DNA of 64,000 nt from Phyllosticta citribraziliensis (Eukaryota), in NCBI RefSeq assembly GCF_038025025.1, contig NW_027117344.1:1984001-2048000 (forward strand). The letters are read 5' to 3'. Under the pieces are notes generated by a model that worked only from the letters and a program-made list of their open reading frames with translations, was not told the DNA's origin and searched no databases. The position numbers and the translations under genes are program-made. Below are positions 63,943-64,000 of this stretch, one piece after another; position 1 is the first letter of the stretch; every line of letters begins with the position of its first letter.

Positions 63943-64000
63943 GATCATCGATACCCCGCGTCCGTGCTCGCGAGTCAGGTCAGCCGCGCGAGCGAAGATC

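Overview
Eukaryotic, intron-containing DNA from a filamentous ascomycete (Pezizomycotina-type GT..CTRAC..YAG introns). I can support 21 protein-coding genes: REC8-like kleisin (5' partial), WBP11-like, POP1, three Zn2Cys6 regulators, a DHDPS-family aldolase, an aspartate aminotransferase paralogue, 5-oxoprolinase, an SRPK-like kinase, a Dal5/Tna1-type MFS permease, an orphan membrane protein, HSP12, a fasciclin protein, glutamate decarboxylase, a PPIL1-type cyclophilin, an ASC-1/Rqt4 C2HC5 finger protein, a secreted carboxylesterase, a hybrid histidine kinase, a peroxisomal FATP/Fat1-like acyl-CoA synthetase and STI1. Two observations stand out. (1) A compact cluster at 16.3-32.3 kb (aldolase, aminotransferase, oxoprolinase, anion permease, Put3-like regulator) whose chemistry chains into lactam opening, transamination and retro-aldol cleavage, i.e. 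a candidate catabolic pathway for a 4-hydroxylated 5-oxoproline/glutamate analogue. (2) Inside that cluster (19.41-20.17 kb), an unannotated non-coding array of four alternating complementary arms. Three copies carry an identical 16-nt core, and stem substitutions are nearly all G.U on the + strand. It looks like a polycistronic microRNA-like hairpin cluster or a tandem structured RNA element. No rRNA, tRNA, CRISPR or recognisable transposon was seen. All family calls come from motif recognition by eye, with no database search.
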